Origin: Eledone cirrhosa
Lineage: Eukaryota
Reading direction: 5' to 3'
Assembly: GCA_964016885.1 (NCBI GenBank)
Contig: OZ024753.1
Coordinates: 22,010,001 to 22,074,000, forward strand
Length of the DNA: 64,000 nt
Part shown: one piece after another, positions 15,001 through 28,632 of the stretch
Layout of the letters: every line of letters begins with the position of its first letter
How positions within the stretch are numbered: position 1 is the first letter of the stretch
Notes under the pieces: generated by a model
The model's input: only the letters and a program-made list of their open reading frames with translations
Databases searched by the model: none
What the model was told of the DNA's origin: nothing
Translations under genes and position numbers: made by a program

Positions 15001-18000
15001 AATGTGGCCAGTGATGGAAGGTTTAAAGAATGTGGCCATTGATGGATGGTTTAATAAATGTGGCCAGTGATGGAAGGTTTAACAAATGTGGCCAGTGATG
15101 GAAGATTTAATGAATGTGGCCAGTGATGGAAGGTTTAACAAATGTGGCCAGTGATGGAAGATTTAATGAATGTGTCCAGTGATGGAAGGTTTAATGAATG
15201 TGGCCAGTGATGGAAGGTTTAACAAATGTGGCCAGTGATGGAAGGTTTAACAAATGTGGCCAGTGATGGAAGGTTTAATGAATGTGGCCAGTGATGGAAG
15301 GTTTAACAACTGTGTCCAGTGATGGAAGGTTTAACAAATGTGGCCAGTGATGGAAGGTTTAATGAATGTGGCCAGTGATGGAAGATTTAATGAATGTGGC
15401 CAGTGATGGAAGGTTTAACACATGTGGCCAGTGATGGAAGGTTTAACAACTGTAACCTGTATGGAAGGTTTAATAACTGTGACCAGTGATGGAAGGTTTA
15501 ATGAATGTGGCCAGTGATGGAAGGTTTGAAAACTGTGGCCAGTGATGGAAGGTTTAACAAATGTGGCCAGTGATGGAAGGTTTAACAAATGTGGCCAGTT
15601 GTGGAAGGTTTAATAACTGTGGCCAGTGATGGAAGGTTTAATGAATGTGGTCAGTGATGGAAGGTTTAATGAATGTGGCCAGTGATGGAAGGTTTAACAA
15701 ATGTGGCCAGTGATGGAAGGTTTAACAAATGTGGCCAGTTGTGGAAGGTTTAATAACTGTGGCCAGTGATGGAAGGTTTGACAAATGTGGCCAGTGATGG
15801 AAGGTTTAATGAATGTGGTCAGTGATGGAAGGTTTAATAACTGTGGCCAGTGATGGAAGGTTTAACAAATGTGGCCAGTGATGGAAGGTTTAACAAATGT
15901 GGCCAGTTGTGGAAGGTTTAATAACTGTGGCCAGTGATGGAAGGTTTAATGAATGTGGTCAGTGATGGAAGGTTTAATAACTGTGGCCAGTGATGGAAGG
16001 TTTAACAAATGTGGCCAGTGATGGAAGGTTTAATAACTGTGGCCAGTGATGGAAGATTTAATGAATGTGGCCAGTGATGGAAGGTTTAACAAATGTGGCC
16101 AGTGATGGAAGGTTTAATAACTGTGGCCAGTGATGGAAGATTTAATGAATGTGGCCAGTGATGGAAGGTTTAATGAATGTGGCAAGTGATGGAAGGTCTA
16201 ACGAATGTGGCCTGTGATGGATGGTTTAACAAATGTGGCCAGTGAAGGAAGGTTTAATGAATGTGGCCAGTGATGGAAGGTTTAATGAATGTTGCCAGTG
16301 ATGGAAGGTTTAATGAATGTGGCCAGTGATGGAAGGTTTAACAAATGTGGCCAGTGATGGAAGGTTTAATGAATGTGGCCAGTGAAGGAAGGTTTAATGA
16401 ATGTGGCCAGTGATGGAAGGTTTAACAAATGTGGCCAGTGATGGATGGTTTAATAACTGTGGCTAGTGATGGAAGATTTAATGAATGTGGCCAGTGGTGG
16501 AAGGTTTAATGAATGTGGCCAGTGATGGAAGGTTTAACAAATGTGATCAGTGATGGAAGGTTTAACAAATGCGGCCAGTGATGGAAGGTTTAACAAATGT
16601 GGCCAGTGATGGAAGGTTTAATGAATGTGGCCAGTGATGGAAGGTTTAATAACTGTGGCCAGTGATGGAAGATTTAATGAATGTGGCCAGTGATGGAAGG
16701 TTTAATGAATGTGGCATGTGATGGATGGTTTAATGAATGTGGCCAGTGATGGATGGTTTAATGACTGTGGGCAGTGATAGAACGTTTAATGAATGTGGCC
16801 AGTGATGGAAGGTTTAATGAATGTGGCCAGTGATGGAAGGTTTAATAAATGTGGCCAGTGATGTAAGGTTTACAAAATGTGGCCAGTGATGGAAGGTTTA
16901 ATGAATGTGGCCAGTGATGGAAGGTTTAACAACTGTGTCCAGTGATGGAAGGTTTAATGAATGTGGCCAGTGATGGAAGGTTTAATGACTGTGGCCAGTG
17001 ATGGAAGGTTTAATAACTGTGGCCAGTGATGGAAGATTTAATGAATGTGGCCAGTGTTGGAAGGTTTAATGAATGTGGCCAGTGATGGATGGTTTAACAA
17101 ATGTGGCCAGTGATGGAAGGTTTAATAAATGTGGCCAGTGATGGAAGATTTAATAAATGTGGCCAGTGATGGAAGGTTTAATAAATGTGGCCAGTGGTGG
17201 AAGGTTTCACAAATGTGGCCTATGATGGAAGGTTTAACAACTGTGGCCAGTGATGGAAGGTTTAATGAATGTGGCCAGTGATGGAAGGTTTAACAACTGT
17301 GGCCTATGATGGAAGGTTTAACAACTGTGGCCAGTGATGGAAGGTTTAACAAATGTGACCAGTGATGGAAGGTTTAATGAATGTGGCCAGTGATGGAAGG
17401 TTTAATGAACGTGGCCAGTGATGGAAGGTTTAACAAATGTGGCCAGTGATGGAAGGTTTAACAACTGTGGCCAGTGATGGAAGGTTTAATAAATGTGGCT
17501 AGTGATGAAAGATTTAATGAATGTGGCCAGTGATGGAAGGTTTAACAAATGTGATCAGTGATGGAAGGTTTAACAAATGTGGCCAGTGATGGAAGGTTTA
17601 ACAACTGTGGCCAGTGATGGAAGGTTTAATAAATGTGGCCAGTGATGGAAGGTTTAATAGCTGTGGCCAGTGATGGAAGATTTAATGAATGTGGCCAGTG
17701 ACGGAAGGTTTAATGAATGTGGCCAGTGATGGAAGGTTTAACAAATGTGGCCAGTGATGGAAGGTTTAATAACTGTGGCCAGTGATGGAAGTTTTAACAA
17801 ATGTGGCCAGTGATGGACGGTTTAACAAATGTGGCCAGTGGTGGAAGGTTTAATAACTGTGGCCAGTGATGGAAGGTTTAACAAATGTGGCCAGTGATGG
17901 AAGGTTTAACAAATGTGGCCAGTGATGGAAGGTTTAATGAATGTGGCCAGTGATGGAAGGTTTAATAACTGTGGCCAGTGATGGAAGTTTTAACAAATGT

Positions 18001-21000
18001 GGCCAGTGATGGAAGGTTTAATGAATGTGGCCAGTGATGGAAGGTTTAATGAATGTGGCCAGTGATGGAAGGTTTAATAACTGTGGCCAGTGATGGAAGA
18101 TTTAATGAATGTGGCCAGTGATGGATGGTTTAACAAATGTGGCCAGTGATGGATGGTTTAACAAATGTGGCCAGTGATGGATGGTTTAATAAATGTGGCC
18201 AGTGATGGAAGATTTAATAAATGTGGCCAGTGATGGAAGATTTAATGAATGTGGCCAGTGATGGAAGGTTTAACAAATGTGGCCAGTGGTGGAAGGTTTC
18301 ACAAATGTGGCCAGTGATGGAAGGTTTCACAAATGTGGCCAGTGATGGAAGGTTTAATGAATGTGGCCAGTGATGGAAGGTTTAATAAATGTGGCCAGTG
18401 ATGGAAGATTTAATGAATGTGGCCAGTGATGGAAGGTTTAACAAATGTGGCCAGTGGTGGAAGGTTTCACAAATGTGGCCAGTGATGGAAGGTTTCACAA
18501 ATGTGGCAAGTGATGGAAGGTTTAATGAATGTGGCCAGTGATGGAAGGTTTAATAAATGTGGCCAGTGATGGAAGATTTAATGAATGTGGCCAGTGATGG
18601 AAGGTTTAACAAATGTGGCCAGTGGTGGAAGGTTTCACAAATGTGGCCAGTGATGGAAGGTTTCACAAATGTGGCCAGTGATGTAAGGTTTAATGAATGT
18701 GGCCAGTGATGGAAGGTTTAATAAATGTGGCCAGTGATGGAAGATTTAATGAATGTGGCCAGTGATGGAAGGTTTAACAAATGTGGCCAGTGGTGGAAGG
18801 TTTCACAAATGTGGCCAGTGATGGAAGGTTTCACAAATGTGGCCAGTGATGGAAGGTTTAATGACTGTGGGCAGTGATAGAAGGTTTAATGAATGTGGCC
18901 AGTGATGGAATGTTTAATGAATGTGGCCAGTGATGGAAGGTTTAACAACTGTGGCCAGTGATGGAAGGTTTAACAACTGTGGCCAGTGATGGAAGGTTTA
19001 ACAAATGTGGCCAGTGATGGAAGGTTTAATGAATGTGGCCAGTGATGGAAGGTTTCATGAATGTGGCCAGTGGTGGAAGGTTTAACAACTGTGGCCTATG
19101 ATGGAAGGTTTAACAACTGTGGCCAGTGATGGAAGGTTTAACAAATGTGGCCAGTGATGGAAGGTTTAATGAATGTGGCCAGTGATGGAAGGTTTCATGA
19201 ATGTGGCCAGTGGTGGAAGGTTTAACAACTGTGGCCTATGATGGAAGGTTTAACAACTGTGGCCAGTGATGGAAGGTTTAACAAATGTGGCCAGTGATGG
19301 AAGGTTTAATAAATGTGGCCAGTGATGGAAGGTTTAACAAATGTGGCCAGTGATGGAAGGTTTAACAACTGTGGCCAGTGATGGAAGGTTTAACAACTGT
19401 GGCCAGTGATGGAAGGTTTAATAAATGTGGCCAGTGATGGAAGGTTTAATAACTGTAGCCAGTGATCGAAGATTTAATGAATGTGGCCAGTTATGGAAGG
19501 TTTAATAACTGTGGCCAGTGATGGAAGGTTTAACAAATGTGGCCAGTGGTGGAAGGTTTAATAACTGTGGCCAGTGATGGAAGGTTTAACAAATGTGGCC
19601 AGTGGTGGAAGGTTTAATAACTGTGGCCAGTGATGGAAGGTTTAATGAATGTGGCCAGTGATGGAAGGTTTAACAAATGTGGCCAGTGATGGAAGGTTTA
19701 ACAAATATGGCCAGTTATGGAAGGTTTAACAAATATGGCCAGTTATGGAAGGTTTAACAAATATGGCCAGTTATGGAAGGTTTAATAACTGTGGCCAGTG
19801 ATGGAAGGTTTAACAAATGTGGCCAGTGATGGAAGGTTTAACAAATGTGGCCAGTGGTGGAAGGTTTAATAACTGTGGCCAGTGATGGAAGGTTTAATGA
19901 ATGTGGCCAGTGATGGAAGGTTTAACAAATGTGGCCAGTGATGGAAGGTTTAACAACTGTGGCCAGTGATGGAAGGTTTAATGAATGTGGCCAGTGATGG
20001 AAGGTTTAATGAATGTGGCCAGTGATGGAAGGTTTAATAAATGTGGCCAGTGGTGGAAGGTTTAATAACTGTGACCAGTGATGGAAGGTTTAATGAATGT
20101 GGCCAGTGATGGAAGGTTTAATGAATGTGGCCAGTGATGGAAGGTTTAACAAATATGGCCAGTGATGGAAGGTTTAACAAATGTGGCCAGTGGTGGAAGG
20201 TTTAATGACTGTGGCCAGTGATGGAAGGTTTAATAACTGTGGCCAGTGATGGAAGGTTTAACAACTGTGGCCAGTGATGGAAGGTTTAATGAATGTGGCC
20301 AGTGATGGAAGGTTTAATGACTGTGGCCAGTGATGGAAGGTTTAATGAATGTGGCCAGTGATGGAAGGTTTAACAAATGTGGCCAGTGGTGGAAGGATTA
20401 ATAACTGTGGCCAGTGATGGAAGGTTTAATAAATGTGGCCAGTGATGGAAGGTTTAACAACTGTGGCCAGTGATGGAAGGTTTAATGAATGTGGCCAGTG
20501 ATGGAAGGTTTAATGACTGTGGCCAGTGATGGAAGGTTTAATAACTGTGGCCAGTGATGGAAGGTTTAACAACTGTGGCCAGTGATGGAAGGTTTAATGA
20601 ATGTGGCCAGTGATGGAAGGTTTAATGACTGTGGCCAGTGATGGAAGGTTTAATGACTGTGGCCAGTGATGGAAGGTTTAACAAATGTGGCCAGTGATGG
20701 AAGGTTTAACAACTGTGGCCTATGATGGAAGGTTTAACAAATGTGGCCAGTGATGGAAGGTTTAACAACTGTGGCCAGTGATGGAAGGTTTAATAAATGT
20801 GGCCAGTGATGGAAGGTTTAACAACTGTGGCCAGTGATGGACGGTTTAATGAATGTGGCCAGTGATGGAAGGTTTAATGACTGTGGCCAGTGATGGAAGG
20901 TTTAATGACTGTGGCCAGTGATGGAAGGTTTAACAAATGTGGCCAGTGATGGAAGGTTTAACAACTGTGGCCTATGATGGAAGGTTTAACAAATGTGGCC

Positions 21001-23649
21001 AGTGATGGAAGGTTTAACAATTGTGGCCAGTGATGGAAGGTTTACAGAATGTGGCCAGTGATGGAAGGTTTAACAAATGTGGCCAGTGATGGAAGGTTTA
21101 ACAAATGTGGCCAGTGATGGAAGGTTTAACAAATATGGCCAGTGATGGAAGGTTTAATAACTGTGGCCAGTGATGGAAGGTTTAACAAATATGGCCAGTG
21201 ATGGAAGGTTTAACAAATGTGGCCAGTGATGGAAGGTTTAACAAATGTGGCCAGTGGTGGAAGGTGTAATAACTGTGGCCAGTGATGGAACGTTTAATGA
21301 ATGTGGCCAGTGATGGAAGGTTTAACAAATGTGGCCAGTGATGGAAGGTTTAACAAATGTGGCCAGTGATGGAAGGTTTAACAACTGTGGCCAGTGATGG
21401 AAGGTTTAACAACTGTGGCCAGTGATGGAAGGTTTAATGAATGTGGCCAGTGATGGAAGGTTTAACAAATGTGGCCAGTGATGGAAGGTTTAACAACTGT
21501 GGCCAGTGATGGAAGGTTTAATGAATGTGGCCAGTGATGGAAGGTTTAACAAATGTGGCCAGTGATGGAAGGTTTAATGAATGTGGCCAGTGATGGAAGG
21601 TTTAACAAATGTGGCCAGTGATGGAAGGTTTAATGAATGTGGCCAGTGATGGAAGGTTTAACAACTGTGGCCAGTGATGGAAGGTTTAATAACTGTGGCC
21701 AGTGATGGAAGGTTTAACAACTGTGGCCAGTGATGGAAGGTTTAACAACTGTGGCCAGTGATGGAAGGTTTAACAAATGTGGCCAGTGATGGAAGGTTTA
21801 ACAAATGTGGCCAGTGATGGAAGGTTTAACAACTGTGGCCAGTGATGGAAGGTTTAACAAATGTGGCCAGTGATGGAAGGTTTAATAAATGTGGCCAGTG
21901 ATGGAAGGTTTAACAACTGTGGCCAGTGATGGAAGGTTTAATAAATGTGGCCAGTGATGGAAGGTTTAACAACTGTGGCCAGTGATGGAAGGTTTAATGA
22001 ATGTGGCCTATGATGGAAGGTTTAACAACTGTGGCCAGTGATGGAAGGTTTAATGTATGTGGCCTATGATGGAAGGTTTAACAAATGTGGCCAGTGATGG
22101 AAGGTTTAACAACTGTGGCCAGTGATGGAAGGTTTAACAAATGTGGCCAGTGATGGAAGGTTCAACAACTGTGGCCAGTGATGGAAGGTTTAATGAATGT
22201 GGCCAGTGATGGAAGGTTTAACAACTGTGGCCTATGATGGAAGGTTTAATGTATGTGGCCAGTGATGGAAGGTTTAACAACTGTGGCCTATGATGGAAGG
22301 TTTAACAAATGTGGCCAGTGATGGAAGGTTTAACAAATGTAACCAGTGATGGAAGGTTTAACAAATGTGGCCAGTGATGGAAGGTTTAACAACTGTGGCC
22401 AGTGATGGAAGGTTTAACAACTGTGGCCAGTGATGGAAGGTTTAACAACTGTGGCCTATGATGGAAGGTTTAATGTATGTGGCCAGTGATGGAAGGTTTA
22501 ACAACTGTGGCCTATGATGGAAGGTTTAACAAATGTGGCCAGTGATGGAAGGTTTAACAAATGTAACCAGTGATGGAAGGTTTAACAAATGTGGCCAGTG
22601 ATGGAAGGTTTAACAACTGTGGCCAGTGATGGAAGGTTTAACAACTGTGGCCAGTGATGGAAGGTTTAACAACTGTGGCCTATGATGGAAGGTTTATTAA
22701 ATGTGGCCAGTGATGGAAGGTTTAACAAATGTGGCCTGTGATGGAAGGTTAACAAATGTGGCCAGTGATGGAAGGTTTAACAAATGTGGCCAGTGATGGA
22801 AGGTTTAATAACTGTGGCCAGTGATGGAAGGTTTAAAAACTGTGGCCAGTGATGGAAGGTTTAAAAACTGTGGCCAGTGATGGAAGGTTTAACAAATGTG
22901 GCCAGTGATGGAAGGTTTAATAACTGTGGCCAGTGATGGAAGGTTTAACAAATGTGGCCAGTGGTGGAAGATTTAACAAATGTGTCCAGTGATGGAAGGT
23001 TTAATAAATGTGGCCATTGGTAGAATGTTTAATGAATGTGGCCAGTGGTGGAAGATTTAACAAATGTGGCCAGTAATGGAAGGTTTAATGAATGTGGCCA
23101 GTGATGGAAGGTTTAACAAATGTGGCCAGTGGTGGAAGATTTAACAAATGTGGCCAGTGATGGAAGGTTTAATGAATGTGGCCAGTGATGGAAGGTTTAA
23201 CAAATGTGGCCAGTGGTGGAAGATTTAACAAATGTGGCCAGTGATGGAAGGTTTAATGAATGTGGCCAGTGATGGAAGGTTTAACAAATGTGGCCAGTGG
23301 TGGAAGATTTAACAAATGTGGCCAGTGATGGAAGGTTTAATGAATGTGGCCAGTGATGGAAGGTTTAACAAATGTGGCCAGTGGTGGAAGATTTAACAAA
23401 TGTGGCCAGTGATGGAAGGTTTAATGAATGTGGCCAGTGATGGAAGGTTTAACAAATGTGGCCAGTGGTGGAAGATTTAACAAATGTGGCCAGTGATGGA
23501 AGGTTTAATGAATGTGGCCAGTGATGGAAGGTTTAACAAATGTGGCCAGTGGTGGAAGATTTAACAAATGTGGCCAGTGATGGAAGGTTTAATGAATGTG
23601 GCCAGTGATGGAAGGTTTAACAAATGTGGCCAGTGGTGGAAGGTTTAAT
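1..23649. repeat. 28-bp tandem satellite, consensus TGTGGCCAGTGATGGAAGGTTTAA(CAAA/TGAA/TAAC/CAAC/TAAA), ~840 monomers, open at the left window edge
   Basis: CAGTGATGG recurs at 1, 29, 57 and onward; the period holds except for 1-nt deletions near 15460 and 22750. Confidence 0.99.
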
Positions 23650-23659
23650 TACCTGAACC

Positions 23660-23838
23660 ACATACATAGGTTTCCACAGGTAACAACATACATCCTTCCA
23701 CAGGTAATAACATACATACTTCCACAGGTAATAACATTCATACTTCCACAGGTAACAACATACATACTTCCACAGGTAACAACAACATACTTCCACAGGT
23801 AACAACAACATACTTCCACAGGTAACAACATACTTCCA
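23660..23838. repeat. ~24-bp minisatellite (CTTCCACAGGTAACAACATACATA), ~7 units, abutting the satellite
   Basis: TTCCACAGG at 23672, 23696, 23720, 23744, 23768, 23791, 23814. Confidence 0.95.
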
Positions 23839-24042
23839 GCTTTATCATTGTTTTCAGTCACTGTGAACCATCTATTCTCATAAATATCATTCAGTTTCGA
23901 GAATTGCCATCAAATCTGTGTTAATTAAGGCTCAAATCACAGAAACGTGTACACTCCACTTAATTCCCAAACACAATGAGTGTGGAAGTGTGTGTAAAGA
24001 AAGTCTCTTTTAATTAGAAGAACATTCCATCTTACAGGTTTC

Positions 24043-24316
24043 TACGAGGGTTGGCTGAAAAGTTCATAGGCTGGACAAGATACTCTCATTGAATGTGACC
24101 AAATGAGGTTTATATTTCAACATAGTCCCCCTTGCGGCCCACACAGTTCTTCCATCGGTGTTGCTGTTCTTAAATCCCGTTGGTGAAGATGCTTTCATCC
24201 TGTTGGTAAAAAAATGTCAGCAATAGCAGATATGATGTCATTATCACTGCGATACTGGTTCCCAGCCATGTTGGGAGAGCAGATGATAATCAGATGGGGC
24301 CAAATCGGGAGGATTT
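24043..24316 (-). mobile_element. Mariner DNA transposon remnant (transposase C-terminus plus right TIR)
   Basis: Minus strand gives PPDLAPSDYHL, AGNQYRSDNDII and QQDESIFTNGI*EQQHRWKNCVGRKGDYVE, matching mariner YSPDLAPSD and RW..C...G.Y motifs; ends in TA-CGAGGGTTGGCTGAAAAG. Confidence 0.88.
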
Positions 24317-24654
24317 CGCTTATACATGTTGGGTGGAGCCAAGGCTATGCTAATAGACAGTAACCCAGTGGGATTGAAACCGGTACCTCGTGGCTTACAC
24401 AACTAACTTCATAACAACGTGGTTATTCAAAAGAACTCTCACAGTACACTATATTTGTACGGTGACACCAGAACAATCTCTATACTATACATCACTCCGG
24501 GGGTGTTTTTCTTTCAGAATTTAGATAACACTGTCCTACATCGCTTTCGTCCCCTAAACAGAATTAAAGCTTGGCAGCAACAGCAGTGCCAGGCGGTTAT
24601 TTTCGTGTCGTTACAGTTAGTAGATACGATTTTTATCTCTATTGCATCAATTTA

Positions 24655-24787
24655 ACGCACGCGCACACACACATATACACACAGACAGACAGACATACAG
24701 ACACAGAAAACACACACACACACACACACACACGCATACAAACACCCACAGGCACCCAAACACAATAAAAAAATTCAGTCACACAGG

Positions 24788-24829
<42 letters not shown>

Positions 24830-24857
24830 CACACACCCACATACACTCTCACACACA
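24655..24857. repeat. (CA)n / CAGA compound microsatellite
   Basis: Direct inspection. Confidence 0.95.
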
Positions 24858-25221
24858 ATTAAGAAACCCAAACGAACATTTTCAACGATGTCAAGCGCAA
24901 TAAATCCATTTTCAAAAGAATTTATCAACTCGAGTTAATACTTTAACAAAGATAAAGTATTTATTTACAAAAGATTAAGATAAACTCTAATCCAAAGTTC
25001 GGTATAAAAATAAGAAAAAAACCGAAAGATTACTTTTTCTTCTAATTAATCATTAGAAAAGATTTTCTAGACAAATAATCTGTCACAACTATTGGATTCC
25101 CATTGGCTGCTTTCAGTTGATTTATAAATCTCCATTTATAAAGTCTTCTTCATACATCGGGTGGTGGTTCCGATTACTTTTGCATATCTAGGTCTATATG
25201 AATTGTGTGTGTGTGTATGTA

Positions 25222-26374
25222 TGTTCTTCTGGTTTTATAATTTCACAAAGTTTTCCCAATAGCGAGAGAGTCGGTTTCTAACATAGACACAAGACTCTCT
25301 CATTGGAATTTACACAATATCAACTAGGTAGATATGTATGTATGCATGCATGTGTAGATATGGATGTTATTGTATGTGTGGATGTGTATGTTTTGAGTTG
25401 TATGTGTGCATGTGCATATGCTTTGTATCTGTACCTGTGTATATGCAGTAAATTAGATGCAAAGTTTTTGGAATGTTTTACATATTTTTACTGTTCCATT
25501 AATGGATTGTACTTGTAATTTCCTAACTAGTTGTGTTCTTACTGTTCCCGTGAAGCCTAGCTACTCAAGATTTGTATTGAGACAGTTACTAACATATCCC
25601 AGTGCCCAAATAATCACAGGCATAAATCTGAAGGTGTAATCAGGGTGGAGTATCTGCAGATTTCTCATCAGTTCTGCATAAATATTCTCCTTTTCACTAA
25701 TCTTTGATATTATATTGGCATCTGCTGGGCAGCTAATTTTCACTACTGTGCATACTTTCTTCTCCCTGTCCCATATCATAATATCTGGTCTGTTATGCCT
25801 GCATTTTATTAGGGTTTTCCAACTGCTCGGATTTCGTCTATCGTCCAATTGAGTATTCCAAACGTTGGTGTTAGGATAGGCACAGCAAACACATTGTGAG
25901 CCACTGTTTTGTTTTGCGCAGAGAGTTCCGATGACCAGATCTTTCTTAATAGGGTGTAGTATTCCCTGGTTACGCGTTCTTTATTACAGATACCATTATA
26001 GGATATATTCTCATCTATCCCCAGGTATCTGTAGCAGTCCTCATCAGATATCAGTGAAACAGTTAGGCCATTGATGACAATGCTGCTAGATTGGGTTGTT
26101 GTTTTTCCCCGCTTTACAGTCATGTATGAGCATTTATCTTGGCCAAACTCCATTCCTATATCCTTTGAGAACGTTGTAACCAGGTCAATATTTTTCTTCA
26201 TCCCATCCATGTTCTTGGCATACAGTTTCAGATCGTCCACAAAGAAATTATGGGTTAGGTTCGTATTTCTGTCCTCCCGTGAGCCAATGATGTATCCCTC
26301 ACATTTCTTGAGCAGAAAGGACAAGGCGTTTAATGGCAAGATGAATAAAATTACAGAGAGACTGTCCCCCTGAA

Positions 26375-26376
<2 letters not shown>
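25222..26376 (-). mobile_element. R4/Dong-like non-LTR retrotransposon, copy A (5'-truncated, internally deleted)
   Basis: RT motifs HNFFVDDLKLY and YRYLGI are joined directly to the RLE motif HNRPDIMIWD...KISCP; 3' UTR homologous to 26474-26790. Confidence 0.85.
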
Positions 26377-26377
<1 letters not shown>

Positions 26378-26407
<30 letters not shown>

Positions 26408-26468
26408 TGTATGTATGTATGTATGTATGTATGTATGTATGTATGTATGTATTGTATTGTATGTATGT
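26378..26468. repeat. (TATG)n microsatellite between the two R4-like copies (tail or target)
   Basis: Direct inspection. Confidence 0.95.
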
Positions 26469-26473
26469 GTGAA

Positions 26474-28632
26474 TGTTCTTCTAGTTTTATAATTTCACAA
26501 ATTTTTCCAAATAGAGAGAGAGTCGGTTTCTAACATAGACACAAGACTCTCTCATTGGAATTTACACAACATCAACTAGGTAGATATGTATGCATGTCTG
26601 CATGTGTAGATATGGATGTTATTGTATGTGTGGATGTGGATGTTTTGAGTTGTATGTGTGCATGTGTATATGCTTTGTATCTGTACATGTGTATATGCAA
26701 AATTTTTGGAATGTTTTACATATTTTTACTGTTCCAGTTTTTGTACTTGTAATTTCCTAACTAGTTGTGTTCTTTCTGTTCCTGTGAAGCCTAGTTTCCC
26801 AAGATTTGTATTGAGGCAGTTACTAACATATCCCAGTGCCCCAATAATCATAGGCATAAATCTGAAGGGATAATCAGGGTGGAGTATCTGCAGATTTCTC
26901 ATCAGTTCTGCATAAATATTCTCTTTTTCGCTAATCTTTGATTATTGACATCTGCTGGGCAGCTAATTTCCACTACTGTGCATGCTTTCTTCCCCCTGTC
27001 CCATATCATAATATCTGGTCTGTTATGCCTGCATTTTATTGGGTTTTTTTCTGGAACATTCCACCAGTGCTCTTTCATATTATGTACATGAATGTCTTCC
27101 ACATTGCTGTAGCTTTTAATGTTTATTATCGGGGCTACCTTTTTTACGAACTGCACTGTACAGTGATTTAGCCACTACATTATGCCTCATAGGTAGATAG
27201 TACCGCGAAGACATCTTTGGACAGCTGCTAATGACATGGGTGATATACTCGATGTTAGTTCTGCAGAGTCTGTACTTGTTATCACATTTAGGTGTTTTGC
27301 CTGCATCCCTATCTCTTTTGTGAATCAGGTATTTCGTGCTAATCTCCTGTTCCTGGATTGCAAAAGCGTATCCTTCAAACTGGGACCAATATAGCGGTTG
27401 CTGGTCCAAGATAGACTACTTTCCTTATCTATATTACTCTCACTCTGGAGCTTCCTGGCAACATATCCATGCATGATTTTTTGCTGATAGGCATGCAGTT
27501 TTTCATCCATGGATTCATTCCGATACTGCTGAGCGACTTACCTGGGAGTGAGTTTTTGATTATCACAAAGGGAATATCTCTCGAGGAATTCCTTCCCAAC
27601 TCTCATGATCTTATCTGTTTCATGCAGATAGACTTGGTCGAGAAACGGGCTCCTACGCTTCGAGGTTCGTAGATGTCGGAGAGATATGATGCGACATTCA
27701 AATGTTGTCTGGACTGATGTTAGGCCTCTGCCCCCCCCCCCCCTGCTTACGTTTCAAGTAAAGGCGGTCTATGTCACTGTTGATGTGGAAGTTTCCGGTG
27801 TTGTTTAGTATTTTTTGAGTTCCAACATCAACTGCTCGGATTTCGTCTATGGTCCAATTGAGTATTCCAAACGTTGGTGCTAGGACAGGCACAGCAAACA
27901 CATGGTGAGTCGCTGTTTTATTGTGCGCAGAGAGTTCCGATGACCAAATCTTTCTTAACCGGGTGTAGTTTCCCTGGTTTCGCGTTCCTTATTACAGATA
28001 CCATTATAGGATATGTTCTCATCTATCTCCAGGTATCTGTAGCAGTCCTCATCAGATATCGGTGAAACAGTTAGGCCATTGATGACAATGTTGCTAGATT
28101 GGGTTGTTGTTTTTCCCCGCTTTACAGTCATGTATGAGCATTTATCTTGGCTAAGCTCCATTCCTATATCCTTTGAGAATGTTGTAACCAGGTCAAGATT
28201 TTTCTCATCCCATCCATGTTCTTGACATAGAGTTTCAGATCATCCACAAAGAAATTATGGGTTAGGCTCGTATTTCTGTCCTCCTGTGAGCCAATGATGT
28301 ATCCCTCACATTTCTTGAGCAGAAAGGACAAGGGGTTTAATAACTGTATGAATAATATCACAGAGAGACTGTTTCCCTGAAATATACCCCTGCGATATTT
28401 TATTTTATCAGTGAAAATAGAGTCTTCCCTCTCTTTCTTTAACTTTAGGAGAGTAGCCCAAGAAGAAAACAGCCTCTCTATGGCTCTGACAATAATGTCT
28501 GGGACTTTAGCAAGTTGGAGGGCCTCTATCATCTAAGAGTGGGGAACAGAATCGAAAGCTTTCCTGTAGTCCAGCCAGACTGTAGCCATATTCCTCCTAA
28601 GTTGTCGCACCTCCGATATCGCAGTTTTGTTA
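26474..28632 (-). mobile_element. R4/Dong-like non-LTR retrotransposon, copy B (frameshifted RT, CCHC knuckle, restriction-like endonuclease)
   Basis: WLDYRKAFDSVPH, RGIFQG, FVDDLKLY, AIQEQEI, RLC..EYITHVISSC...RHN and RPDI..EISCP occur in order across several frames. Confidence 0.88.

Noticed and set aside
1-23649. CRISPR array (28-bp repeat)
   Set aside because: Monomers are contiguous with no unique spacers, there are no cas genes, and the context is eukaryotic
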